Assembly: GCA_035695405.1 (NCBI GenBank)
Contig: DASSED010000179.1
Coordinates: 1 to 63,300, forward strand
Length of the DNA: 63,300 bases
Reading direction: 5' to 3'
Source: Gemmatimonadales bacterium
Lineage (GTDB): Bacteria; Gemmatimonadota; Gemmatimonadetes; Gemmatimonadales; GWC2-71-9
Made by a program: the position numbers and the translations under genes. How positions within the stretch are numbered: position 1 is the stretch's first letter; each line of letters starts with the position of its first letter. Shown piece by piece: positions 10,054 to 19,663 of this stretch. Below the pieces are notes generated by a model. The model was not told the origin of the DNA. It saw only the letters and a list, made by a program, of their open reading frames with translations, and did no database searches.

Positions 10054-10169
10054 TGCCAGCGTTTCCGGAAGGGAGCTCCCCGGCTGTCCGAGAGCCAGAT
10101 CGGTGACTCGGGAACGGAGAGCTTCCGGCGCCCGGGCCGCATGTTGCTCCAGCCACTCCCGCAGCCCGA

Positions 10170-12845
10170 TCAGGTGCCGCTCGTTTCAGCCGCGGCAAAA
10201 CCGCCAAGCCAGGTGGTCACCAGCTCGGGCGTAGCGGCCCGGGCGGCGGAGAGCCGGTCAGGATCTCCGGCTCCGGCCGAGGCAAAGTGGGGTCGGCCAC
10301 CGCCCTTTCCACCGCTCACGGCGGCGATGCGGCTCACCAGATCTCCGGCCTTGTGGCCGGCACGAACCAGATCGTCGGTGACAGTGACGTGGATCGAGCC
10401 CCGTCCTGCGTTGCTGAACAGGACCAGGACGGCATTCCGCTTCCCCTCTCGAAACTGATCCGCAATTCGTCCCAGCTCGGTTTTGTCATCGGACGTCGTT
10501 TCGGCCAAGGTGAGCTCGACTCCATTGACGCTCGAGACCTCGGATCGGAGCGCCGGCCCCGTCCCGGTTCGCAGGGTCTCAGCCAATCGGGCTTCGAGCC
10601 GCTGCCGCTCCTGAAGCAACTGCTCCACGCGCCGGACCACGTGCTCGGGCTGCGCCTTCAGGGCATCCGCCACAGCCGCCAAGCGCTGTTCCAGCTCGCG
10701 GACTGCACGCAAAGCACCACTTCCGGTGACCGCTTCGATCCGGCGCACGCCGGCTGCCACACCAGTTTGACCGGAAAAACGGAAGGTACCGATCTGCCCG
10801 GTGCTCCGCACATGGGTTCCCCCGCAGAGCTCGATCGATGGCCCCATTTGAACCACCCGCACGACATCGCCGTATTTCTCCGAAAAGAAAGCCATGGCAC
10901 CCAGACCCAGAGCGTCGGCGTAGGGCATCTCCCGGGTATCCACTGCAGTGTTGCTCAGCACCAGGTCATTCACCTCATTCTCAATTCCCTGGAGCGTGGC
11001 CGGGTCTATGGGACCATGGTGCGAGAAGTCGAAGCGAAGACGATCCGGTTCCACCAGAGAACCTTGTTGCCGGACGTGGTTGCCCAGCCGCTGGCGCAGA
11101 ACATAGTGAACCAGGTGCGTGGCGCTGTGATTGCGCTCGATATCATGCCGGCGCTGAGCGTCCACAGCCGCGTGCACTGCCGTGGGATCCAAAGCATCAG
11201 AGAAGGTCCCGCCGACCACAGTGCCTTTGGAATCCTTGTGCACGGTGTCGACGGTCAACGACCAGTCATCACCCGTGATTGCACCCACATCGCTGACTTG
11301 ACCTCCAGCCTCGGCGTAGAACGGGTTCTCGCGCAGCACCAACTCCACCCGAGGGCCGTCCTGGCGGAAAGCCAGGATATCGGTGTCCGCTTCGGTGCGC
11401 CCATAGCCCACGAATCGCTGCTTGCCTCGTTTGACGTTGCGCCACTTGCCTGCTTGCGAGGTGCGGACGGCGGGAGCCTTTCCCTTGATGGCTGCGGTAC
11501 CCGCGGCGGGTGTCTTCCGGGCTTCACGTGAGCGCCGGCGTTGTTCCTCCAGCGCCCGTTCAAATCCAGCCAGATCGATTTCCAGCCCCCGTTCACCGGC
11601 GATGATCTGGGTCAGATCAATGGGAAACCCGAAGGTATCGTAGAGCTTGAACGCCTCTGCCCCGGAGATGGTGCTGATACCGGACTCGATGATCTCATCC
11701 AGCCGCCTGAGACCTCCCCCAATGGTCTCCAGGAACCGGGTTTCCTCCGTCTGGGTGACCTCATGCAGATAGTCGGCTTTGGCTCGAAGCTCCGGGTAAA
11801 CCTCACCCATTTGCTCCACGACAATACTCGTCAGTGGGGCAAGGGTGGGCTCGCGTCTCCCCAGCAGCCATGCGTGGCGGACAGCCCGGCGAAGAATGCG
11901 GCGCAGGACATATCCGCGGCCCTCGTTGGAGGGGTAAACCCCATCGGCCAATAAGAAGCTCACCGCGCGCGCGTGATCTGCCAGGACCCGGTACGAGGCC
12001 CGGTTCTCCGCGTTGCGATCATAGGAGCGTCCCACCAGCTCGCCCACGCGATCGATGAGGGGGAGAAAAAGATCGGTGTGGAAGTTATCGTCCTCGTTCT
12101 GCATGACGGCGGCGATTCGCTCGAGGCCTGCTCCAGTGTCCACCGATGGCTTGGGAAGTGGGGTGAGCGTGCCATCGGCGGACCGATCGTACTGCATGAA
12201 CACCAGATTCCAGATCTCGAGAAAGCGGCCTGCTTCCGCCAACTGCTCAAATTCCTCCTGTCCGATGACCTCGTCCCATGTGCCGCTGCCGGGCTGCCCC
12301 GGCTCGAGATCGACAAAGATCTCGGTGCACGGCCCGCACGGTCCGGTATCGCCCATTTGCCAGAAGTTGTCCTTATCCCCCAAACCATAAATCCGGTGAT
12401 CCGGGAGCCCTGAGATCTCGCGCCAGAGCGCGCGAGCTTCGCTGTCAGTGTGATGCACGGTGACCCGGAGCCGGTCAGGGGCTAGACCGAGATATTCAGC
12501 GCTGGTCACGAACTCCCAGGCGTAGGCGATGGCCTCGCGCTTGAAGTAGTCTCCGAACGAGAAGTTTCCCAACATCTCGAAAAAGGTGTGGTGCCGCGTG
12601 GTGTGCCCCACCTGCTCGAGATCGTTATGCTTGCCGCCGGCCCGCACGCACTTCTGGGAGGTGGTAGCGCGCAGGTAGTCGCGCTGCTCCTGACCCAGAA
12701 ACGTACGCTTGAACTGGACCATCCCAGCGTTGGTAAAAAGGAGGGTTGGATCGTCGGCCGGTACCAATGACGAAGAGGGCACCTCCCGGTGCCCCCGGCT
12801 CACGAAGAAGTCGAGGAAGAGTCGGCGGATTGTTCCGGATTGCAT
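10170..12845 (-). CDS. alaS: Alanine--tRNA ligase
   Basis: 891 aa. Class II core FTNAGMVQFK, editing-domain HSATHLVH/CGGTH, and C-terminal DHHA1 GGGKGGGRPHFA. Confidence 0.97.
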   Translation of the reverse strand: MQSGTIRRLFLDFFVSRGHREVPSSSLVPADDPTLLFTNAGMVQFKRTFLGQEQRDYLRATTSQKCVRAGGKHNDLEQVGHTTRHHTFFEMLGNFSFGDYFKREAIAYAWEFVTSAEYLGLAPDRLRVTVHHTDSEARALWREISGLPDHRIYGLGDKDNFWQMGDTGPCGPCTEIFVDLEPGQPGSGTWDEVIGQEEFEQLAEAGRFLEIWNLVFMQYDRSADGTLTPLPKPSVDTGAGLERIAAVMQNEDDNFHTDLFLPLIDRVGELVGRSYDRNAENRASYRVLADHARAVSFLLADGVYPSNEGRGYVLRRILRRAVRHAWLLGRREPTLAPLTSIVVEQMGEVYPELRAKADYLHEVTQTEETRFLETIGGGLRRLDEIIESGISTISGAEAFKLYDTFGFPIDLTQIIAGERGLEIDLAGFERALEEQRRRSREARKTPAAGTAAIKGKAPAVRTSQAGKWRNVKRGKQRFVGYGRTEADTDILAFRQDGPRVELVLRENPFYAEAGGQVSDVGAITGDDWSLTVDTVHKDSKGTVVGGTFSDALDPTAVHAAVDAQRRHDIERNHSATHLVHYVLRQRLGNHVRQQGSLVEPDRLRFDFSHHGPIDPATLQGIENEVNDLVLSNTAVDTREMPYADALGLGAMAFFSEKYGDVVRVVQMGPSIELCGGTHVRSTGQIGTFRFSGQTGVAAGVRRIEAVTGSGALRAVRELEQRLAAVADALKAQPEHVVRRVEQLLQERQRLEARLAETLRTGTGPALRSEVSSVNGVELTLAETTSDDKTELGRIADQFREGKRNAVLVLFSNAGRGSIHVTVTDDLVRAGHKAGDLVSRIAAVSGGKGGGRPHFASAGAGDPDRLSAARAATPELVTTWLGGFAAAETSGT

Positions 12846-12863
12846 CCGGAAAATATAGGCGGG

Positions 12864-13508
12864 CTACGATTTACGAGCTATGACCCGGTCGATGATCTCG
12901 CTGATTTCCCGCCCGCTAAACCCTCGTCGGGCGAGATAGGCAACGATGCGACGGCGCCGGGTTTGGCGCGGCAGACTGGCGAGCTGGGCAGCGCGCTTTT
13001 GGGCCAGCGCCAGCGGCACCGCCGAGCGGTCGCGTCCCTCCGGCCACTCGGCGGCGACAGCGCGATCGATCAGCGATCGGTCGACACCCATCGACAGGAG
13101 ATCTCGAACCAGCCGGGAGGGCCCCCGCCCGCGAGCGGAGCGAGTCTCCACATAGGTCCGGGCAAAACCCGCGTCATCGAGAAGACCAAGCTCTGTGGCG
13201 CGCTGGATGGCGGCCTCAACAGCCACTCGCGGGTGACCTTTGCGAAGCAGCCGCCGAGCGAGGTCTCCCCGCGCAAACGAGCGGACCTCCAGGGCCCGGA
13301 GCACCGTCCGAAAGGCGGCCTCGGCGTCCGCCGCGGCGGTGAGCTTTTCCTGGAGAGCAGCGTCCACCAGGCGCCCTGGTGCGAGGGCTTCGGCCTCGAT
13401 CAGGGCTCGTGAAATGGACCCGAACCTGGCGCCATCCACTTCCACCCGGAACGACTCGGGACGCCTCGGGTCCGGCTCGAGGGCGGTAATTCGAAGTGCG
13501 CCGTCCAC
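12864..13508 (-). CDS. recX: Recombination regulator RecX
   Basis: Helical-repeat protein immediately downstream of recA, with typical RecX repeats (LRKGHPRVAVEAAI..., LARRGFSGREI...). Confidence 0.85.
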   Translation of the reverse strand: MDGALRITALEPDPRRPESFRVEVDGARFGSISRALIEAEALAPGRLVDAALQEKLTAAADAEAAFRTVLRALEVRSFARGDLARRLLRKGHPRVAVEAAIQRATELGLLDDAGFARTYVETRSARGRGPSRLVRDLLSMGVDRSLIDRAVAAEWPEGRDRSAVPLALAQKRAAQLASLPRQTRRRRIVAYLARRGFSGREISEIIDRVIARKS

Positions 13509-13511
13509 TGG

Positions 13512-14564
13512 CTACTCGTCCGCCTCAGCCCCCACACCCACGGGGGCCCGCATGCCGAGAAGTTCCTTGACCTTGCCTTCGACTTCGGCCAGCATGATCG
13601 GATTGTCGCGCAGGAAGAGCTTGGCATTTTCGCGGCCCTGGCCGATCCGCTGATCCCCGTAGGAGTACCACGCCCCCGACTTCTGAATGATGCCTGCCTC
13701 AGAGGCCAGATCTACCAGCAAGGACGTGTGGCTGATTCCCTCGTCGAACATCACGTCGAACTCCGCCTGACGGAATGGCGGCGCAACTTTGTTCTTCACC
13801 ACTTTGACTCGAACATGATTGCCGATAACCGCCTCCCGCTCCTTCACTGGTCCAATCCGACGGATATCCAGGCGCAGTGAGGCGTAGAATTTGAGGGCCT
13901 TGCCGCCGGTGGTGGTTTCCGGATTCCCGAACATGATGCCGATCTTCTCCCGCAGCTGATTGATGAATACCACCGCACAGTTCGAGCGGTTGATGGCACC
14001 CGCCAGCTTTCGCAGGGCCTGGCTCATCAGCCTCGCCTGGAGACCCACGTGGCTGTCTCCCATTTCCCCTTCGATCTCAGCCTTAGGGACCAGGGCGGCA
14101 ACCGAGTCGATGACGACCAGATCTACCGCACCAGAGCGAACCAGGATTTCGACGATTTCGAGTGCTTGCTCCCCGGTATCCGGTTGAGAGACGAGCAGGT
14201 TCTCGATGTCTACTCCGAGCTTCTTGGCATATTCGATGTCCAGGGCATGCTCGGCGTCTACATAGGCGGCGACGCCACCCATCTTTTGAACGTTGGCGGC
14301 GAGGTGGAGCGTGAGAGTGGTTTTGCCCGATGACTCAGGTCCGTAGATCTCGGTGATGCGACCCCGGGGAATGCCTCCAACTCCCGTGGCGGCATCCAGG
14401 TTGATGGCTCCCGTAGGTATGGCCGCGACCTTGACCCGGGGCGAGTCGGCACCCATCCGCATGATGGCACCCTTGCCGAGCTGCTTTTCGATCTGGGAGA
14501 TGGCCAGCCCAAGCGCTTTCCGGCGATCAGCGTCGAGTCGGGTTTCGTCAGGAGCAGCAGCCAT
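13512..14564 (-). CDS. recA: Recombinase RecA
   Basis: Walker [25 protein letters not shown], and the conserved L1/L2 region [22 protein letters not shown]. Confidence 0.98.
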   Translation of the reverse strand: MAAAPDETRLDADRRKALGLAISQIEKQLGKGAIMRMGADSPRVKVAAIPTGAINLDAATGVGGIPRGRITEIYGPESSGKTTLTLHLAANVQKMGGVAAYVDAEHALDIEYAKKLGVDIENLLVSQPDTGEQALEIVEILVRSGAVDLVVIDSVAALVPKAEIEGEMGDSHVGLQARLMSQALRKLAGAINRSNCAVVFINQLREKIGIMFGNPETTTGGKALKFYASLRLDIRRIGPVKEREAVIGNHVRVKVVKNKVAPPFRQAEFDVMFDEGISHTSLLVDLASEAGIIQKSGAWYSYGDQRIGQGRENAKLFLRDNPIMLAEVEGKVKELLGMRAPVGVGAEADE

Positions 14565-14679
14565 TAGACCCTCGTAGTAAGAAAGTGACTGATTTTAGTC
14601 CATAAGGTTGTGCGGCATCCAACCTAACACCGAAGGCAACCCGAAGCAATACTGTCAGAGTGACTTAAAATCGGCCACT

Positions 14680-15099
14680 CTAGTACGCCCATCTCCCCGC
14701 CGCTCGCCAGGCGTCCGGCACATGCTCGATAGCCGGCGTTCCTCCGGTGATGCCCTGGACTGCGATCACATCGAACCGATACGAGTCGTCAACGCGACCA
14801 TGCCGCTCCACCCACAGACTAGCCACCCGGATGATGTCCCGCTGCTTTCGCCGGTTCACCGCCTCCAGACCCGAGCCAAACGCGAGGGAGCGGCGGGTCT
14901 TCACTTCGACAAACGCAACCAGATTCCCCTTTCGGATAATTAGATCGATCTCGTGCCGGCCGACCTTGAAACGGTGAGCCTCGATCGACCAGCCACATGA
15001 CGTCAGGTATCCGATGGCCAGCCGCTCTCCTTCCAACCCCAGGACCTGGCGCGCGTCGGCCCATTCGGTAACGGGAATGAAGCGACGGGTTGATGGCAT
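14680..15099 (-). CDS. yraN: YraN family endonuclease (UPF0102)
   Basis: GERLAIGYL...EIDLII...FVEVKTR motif set. The track ORF begins at a TTG (15132); I prefer the ATG at 15099. Start is uncertain. Confidence 0.78.
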   Translation of the reverse strand: MPSTRRFIPVTEWADARQVLGLEGERLAIGYLTSCGWSIEAHRFKVGRHEIDLIIRKGNLVAFVEVKTRRSLAFGSGLEAVNRRKQRDIIRVASLWVERHGRVDDSYRFDVIAVQGITGGTPAIEHVPDAWRAAGRWAY

Positions 15100-15150
15100 G
15101 CCTAATCGTACGGAGATGGGCTGCCCAACCAACCATCGGGCGCACGCGAC

Positions 15151-15172
15151 GAGGCGCGGGAAACCGCGCCTC
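15151..15172. terminator. Hairpin with GAAA tetraloop between ftsK and yraN
   Basis: gaggcgcgg-gaaa-ccgcgcctc: a perfect 9-bp stem. There is no U-tail on the minus strand, so terminator function is uncertain. Confidence 0.3.
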
Positions 15173-15209
15173 TATGAATGGACCAGAGTGGGGAGCGCGG
15201 GGCTGAGTG

Positions 15210-17489
15210 CTACGAGCAGTATTCGTCCAGTTGATCGAATCCAATCAGGACGTCTCTTGGCTTGCTGCCGTCCGGAGGACCCAGAATGCCGGCATAGTGA
15301 AGCTGGTCGATGATGCGCGCGGCTCGGCCGTACCCGATTCTGAGCCGTCGTTGAAGCAGCGAAGTCGATCCGCCCTGATTCTGAATACAGGCCTCCGCCG
15401 CTTCGCGGAAGAGCGAGTCACGCTCGCCTTCTGCCATCTCGGCCGCGGTCTCCTCTTCGCCCTCCTGCGACCGGACCAGCTCGAGGATATCCGCTTCTGG
15501 CGTCTCGGCCGCCAGTGCTGCCCGGCGGGCGGCCCGGCGGGCCGTGTACCAGTCCATCACCCGTTCCGATTCATCGGTACCGATGTATGCCCCTTGGAGC
15601 CGCATCGGCTCACTTTTCCCAGGCGGCATGAACAGCATGTCACCGTTTCCCAACAAGGCCTCTGCGCCGTTTTGATCCAAAATTGTCCGGCTGTCTACCT
15701 TGGACGCCACCCGGAATGCGATCCGGCTGGGAAAGTTCGCCTTGATCAGTCCGGTAATGACGTTCACCGAGGGACGTTGAGTCGCGAGGATCAGGTGAAT
15801 GCCGATGGCCCGAGCCTTCTGCGCCAGGATAGCCAGAGGTGTCTCCACCTCGCCTTGCACGGTCATCATCAGGTCGGCCAGCTCGTCGATGATCATCACG
15901 ACGAACGGCAGCACCCCTTCCGTGTAGGTCTCATCCACCGGAGGCTCCGGAGGCGTGTCGGGCGCTTCCGCGCTGACTGTCGCGAGCGTGGGCTTGGGAC
16001 GAGGAGGATTCCGCAGCGGCTTCCCTTCCTCGACCTTGCGATTGAAGTCCGCGATGTTGCGGGCCCCGTTGGCCTGCAGCAGCTCGTAGCGGCGCTGCAT
16101 CTCCATGACGGCCCACTTGAGCACCGTGGCCGCGTCGTGATTATTGGTCACGACCTTGTGTCGCAGATGGGGGAGCGCGTTGTACATCGACAGCTCCACC
16201 ATCTTGGGGTCGATCATCAGGAAACGGAGATGCTTCTGGGTGTAGCGGTAGATCAGGCTGGTGATGATGGTGTTGATGGTGACCGATTTGCCGGTGCCGG
16301 TGGCTCCGGCAATGAGAAGATGCGGCATCTTGGTCAGGTCGGCGATGACGGGCTTGCCTTCGAGGTCATGTCCCAACGCGATCGGGAGTACCGCCCTGCG
16401 GGATTCCCAATCGGCCGACTCGAACAGCTCGCGCAAGGCTACAATCCGGGCCGTTGGATTGGGGATTTCGACCCCCACGGCTCCCTTTCCCGGTATGGGA
16501 GCAACCCGGACGGAGGGTACCCGCATGGCAATCGCCAGGTCGTCCGCCAGCGCCCCGATTCGCCCGGCTTTCACACCCGGGGCCGGGAGCACTTCGAACT
16601 GAGTCACCACCGGTCCGGTCGTACGCTGGCCGGATCGACCGTCCACCTTGAAGGTCCTGAGCGTTTCGATCAGCGATTGTCCCAACCGGTCGAGCTGGGC
16701 TTCTCCCGCATCGATGTCCTGGTTGGACGGAGCGGTGAGAAGCTCGACCGGTGGGAGATCGGATTCTTCATCAACGACGGCAGCACGTGTGGATCCGGCG
16801 GGCTTCTTGAGCTTCTTCTCTCTGGAGGGGCGGGGATCTGATGCTGGGGGCCGGGGGTCTGCTGATAATGACAACTCGAGCGGACCCCGCTTGCGCTTCT
16901 CCGATTTGGTCTCCGGAGCCTCGGCAGCGTTGTTCCAAATACTATCCGGCTCGCTCTCCGAGGTACTCCGCTCCAGTCTCTGGAGAGGATGCCAAGCGAA
17001 CGTCGCGAGGGTCAGGGCTGACAGCGCCAGGAATCCGAACAGGACCGCACCAGCGATCCCTACCTTGTCTGATATCGACTCAGCCAAGAAGCCGGGGATG
17101 ATGCCGACCAGGCGTGCGGCGAGCCCCCGGTGAGAGAGATCGAGGTCGAGGTCCGCCCGGCCCACCCGCGCCAAGACCCCGATCAGGTAGGGAATGAGAA
17201 CGCTCAGACCGACGATCAATACGGCCGAACGTTTCATGTCGAGGTTGCCCAGTCGATCGAAACCAGCCAATGCCAGCCCAATCCCCAGAAGCGGAATGCC
17301 GAGGGCTCCGGCGCCGAGAAGCTGCCAGAGACCATGGCCGAGTGATCGGCCGACTGGACCGGTGATCGGCACCGGCAACAGCGTGAGCCCGAGAAAGAGC
17401 CCCAGCACCAGAGCGGTGATTGCCCCCAGCCGGCGGCGGCGCACGTCTGCCGGGGGAGCCTCCTGGTTTCGCTTCGATCGGGGAGTCAC
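15210..17489 (-). CDS. ftsK: DNA translocase FtsK
   Basis: N-terminal TM segments and a Pro-rich linker. Motor domain has Walker A GATGTGKSV and Walker B FVVMIIDELADLM. Gamma domain STSLLQRRLRIGYGRAARIIDQL. Trimmed to the GTG at 17489, which forms a GTGA overlap with the upstream stop. Confidence 0.93.
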   Translation of the reverse strand: MTPRSKRNQEAPPADVRRRRLGAITALVLGLFLGLTLLPVPITGPVGRSLGHGLWQLLGAGALGIPLLGIGLALAGFDRLGNLDMKRSAVLIVGLSVLIPYLIGVLARVGRADLDLDLSHRGLAARLVGIIPGFLAESISDKVGIAGAVLFGFLALSALTLATFAWHPLQRLERSTSESEPDSIWNNAAEAPETKSEKRKRGPLELSLSADPRPPASDPRPSREKKLKKPAGSTRAAVVDEESDLPPVELLTAPSNQDIDAGEAQLDRLGQSLIETLRTFKVDGRSGQRTTGPVVTQFEVLPAPGVKAGRIGALADDLAIAMRVPSVRVAPIPGKGAVGVEIPNPTARIVALRELFESADWESRRAVLPIALGHDLEGKPVIADLTKMPHLLIAGATGTGKSVTINTIITSLIYRYTQKHLRFLMIDPKMVELSMYNALPHLRHKVVTNNHDAATVLKWAVMEMQRRYELLQANGARNIADFNRKVEEGKPLRNPPRPKPTLATVSAEAPDTPPEPPVDETYTEGVLPFVVMIIDELADLMMTVQGEVETPLAILAQKARAIGIHLILATQRPSVNVITGLIKANFPSRIAFRVASKVDSRTILDQNGAEALLGNGDMLFMPPGKSEPMRLQGAYIGTDESERVMDWYTARRAARRAALAAETPEADILELVRSQEGEEETAAEMAEGERDSLFREAAEACIQNQGGSTSLLQRRLRIGYGRAARIIDQLHYAGILGPPDGSKPRDVLIGFDQLDEYCS

Positions 17490-18229
17490 ACTGGTACCGG
17501 AACGAGAGTAATGCGACGCTCGTGAAAGTGGGGGAGAACTGGATAGGCATCCATGCGCGCCGCATCCTTCACGTCGGCCCGGAAGCCCAATCGGATCAGC
17601 TCTCGGCCCGCCCGGCTGTAGGCCAGGGGCCGCTGCCACCTCAATCCATAGCGACGCACCAGGTCCAGACTGGCGAGGCCGGCATCGTTGAGGGCTCGCC
17701 GCGGTTTGGTCCCTCCGAAGATGGCCGATGCGAGCCGGCCGGCGCAGTACGCGTCATCCAGAGAGAAAGCCCCATCCCGACCGGCGCACACGATCAGCAC
17801 GGGCTGGTCGGCGGCCAAGGCTTCACGCGCACGCTCAGCCGCCGTGGTCAGATTGGCGGCGGACGCCAGATACACCGCGCTGGCACCCTGACAGGCGAGC
17901 AGGGCCCGGCTGCCATTGCTGGTAGTGACGATGAGAGTCTTCCCTCGCACCGTGGTCTCGGTCATCTCCAGCGGACTGTTGCCGAGGTTGAACCCGGGAA
18001 TCCTGACGCAGTTCTTCTCCCCAGCCAGGAGGACATCCGTGCTGCCGATGGTTTGAGCCAACCGGAGGGCTTCTTCGGTAGACCCCACTGGAATGATGGC
18101 CTTGGCGCCGTGGGCCAGGGCGGCACTCATCGTGGTGGTGGCGCGCAGAATGTCGATCACGAAGACCGTACGCCCTTGGACCTCGGCGACGGTGAGTCCC
18201 GCAGGCGTGAAGAGAACGTCAACGGTCAT
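17486..18229 (-). CDS. 2-phosphosulfolactate phosphatase family protein (ComB-like)
   Basis: N-terminal [12 protein letters not shown] motif and overall ComB-family pattern. ATGA overlap with accC and GTGA overlap with ftsK. Confidence 0.75.
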   Translation of the reverse strand: MTVDVLFTPAGLTVAEVQGRTVFVIDILRATTTMSAALAHGAKAIIPVGSTEEALRLAQTIGSTDVLLAGEKNCVRIPGFNLGNSPLEMTETTVRGKTLIVTTSNGSRALLACQGASAVYLASAANLTTAAERAREALAADQPVLIVCAGRDGAFSLDDAYCAGRLASAIFGGTKPRRALNDAGLASLDLVRRYGLRWQRPLAYSRAGRELIRLGFRADVKDAARMDAYPVLPHFHERRITLVPVPV

Positions 18230-19587
18230 GCCGGTTCGGGCCGGAGCAGTTGGGATTCCCGCTCGAGAAATCGGGTATCGATCTTCCCGGACACGAAATC
18301 TGGATGTCGGATGACCCGGGCGAGAAATGGAATAGTGGTGGTGACGCCTTCGAGAATGAAGCTGTCGAGCGCCTGCCCCATCCGGGTCAACGCCTCCTCC
18401 CGGTTGTTGCCGTGCACGATGACCTTGGCCAGCAGCGAGTCATAGAATGGAGGCACGGTGTAGCCGGCGTAGACATGCGTATCCAGCCGAACCCCGGGGC
18501 CACCCGGCGGGTGATACGCGGTGATCAGACCTGGGGATGGCTGAAAGTTTCGATAGGGATCCTCGGCATTGATCCGGCATTCGATGGCGTGGCCCCGGAG
18601 CCGGCGCCCGTCTCCCTGGAAGCTCACCGGCTCCCCGGCGGCGACCCGGATCTGTTCCTTGACGATATCGAAGCTGGTGACCATCTCGGTGACCGGGTGC
18701 TCCACCTGGATCCGGGTGTTCATCTCCATGAAGTAGAAGCTCCCGTCGGTATCCAGCAGGAACTCCAGGGTACCAGCGCCCGCATACCCGATGTTCGAGG
18801 CCAGGGCCACCGCTGCCTGACCCATTCGGGCCCGGAGGGCGTCGGTGAGCGCGGGGCTGGGACTCTCTTCGATCAGCTTCTGGTGCCGCCGCTGCACCGA
18901 GCAATCCCGTTCGCCCATGTGCACGACCTTGCCGTGAAGATCCCCCATTACCTGGATCTCGACATGCCGGGGATGCTCCAGATACTTCTCCACGTACACC
19001 GCGCCATTTCCGAACGCGGCCAGCGCCTCGTTCTGCGCCAGCCCGAAGAGCTGGGGAAAGACGTCGGCGCTCTGGGCGATGCGCATGCCCTTTCCGCCAC
19101 CACCCGCCGTCGCCTTGATGATGACGGGGAATCCGATCTCGTTGGCGAACGCCAACGCCGCATCGACGTCATCGATGGTGCCGGGTGAGCCGGGGACGGT
19201 TGGCACCCCGGCCTCGACCGCCAACCGTCGGGCGGTGGCCTTGTCGCCCATCTGGCGGATCTGGTCGCCGGTGGGGCCGATGAAGGTGATATTCGAGGCC
19301 CGGCAGGTGTCGGCGAACTCTGCATTCTCTGCCAAAAAGCCGTAGCCCGGGTGAATGGCGTCGGCGCCGGTAATCTCCGCCGCTGCGATCAGATTGGGGA
19401 TCTTGAGGTAGGAGCTTCGGCTGGGTGGCGGTCCGATACACACATCGTCATCGGCAAAGCGGACGTGGAGCGATTCCCGATCGGCTTCACTGTACACCGC
19501 CACCGTTTGGATGCCGAGTTCGCGGCAGGCCCGGATCACCCGCAGGGCGATCTCGCCTCGGTTGGCGATGAGAATCTTCTTAAACAT
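18226..19587 (-). CDS. accC: Acetyl-CoA carboxylase biotin carboxylase subunit
   Basis: [24 protein letters not shown]-grasp [22 protein letters not shown]. Trimmed to the canonical MFKK start. Confidence 0.96.
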   Translation of the reverse strand: MFKKILIANRGEIALRVIRACRELGIQTVAVYSEADRESLHVRFADDDVCIGPPPSRSSYLKIPNLIAAAEITGADAIHPGYGFLAENAEFADTCRASNITFIGPTGDQIRQMGDKATARRLAVEAGVPTVPGSPGTIDDVDAALAFANEIGFPVIIKATAGGGGKGMRIAQSADVFPQLFGLAQNEALAAFGNGAVYVEKYLEHPRHVEIQVMGDLHGKVVHMGERDCSVQRRHQKLIEESPSPALTDALRARMGQAAVALASNIGYAGAGTLEFLLDTDGSFYFMEMNTRIQVEHPVTEMVTSFDIVKEQIRVAAGEPVSFQGDGRRLRGHAIECRINAEDPYRNFQPSPGLITAYHPPGGPGVRLDTHVYAGYTVPPFYDSLLAKVIVHGNNREEALTRMGQALDSFILEGVTTTIPFLARVIRHPDFVSGKIDTRFLERESQLLRPEPA

Positions 19588-19663
19588 GGTGCGACCCCGA
19601 GCGCGCCGACTTGGCGTCTCGAGATCCAAGACCGTCGCGGTCACATGCCACCTTCCCAGCCAT

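Noticed and set aside
15207-16841. 544-aa plus-strand ORF antisense to ftsK
   Set aside because: It lies entirely inside a gene with unambiguous FtsK motifs on the other strand. Its translation is Arg/Gly/Pro/His-rich with no motif. Long antisense ORFs are an expected by-product of high-GC coding sequence, where stop codons are rare in the mirror frame.
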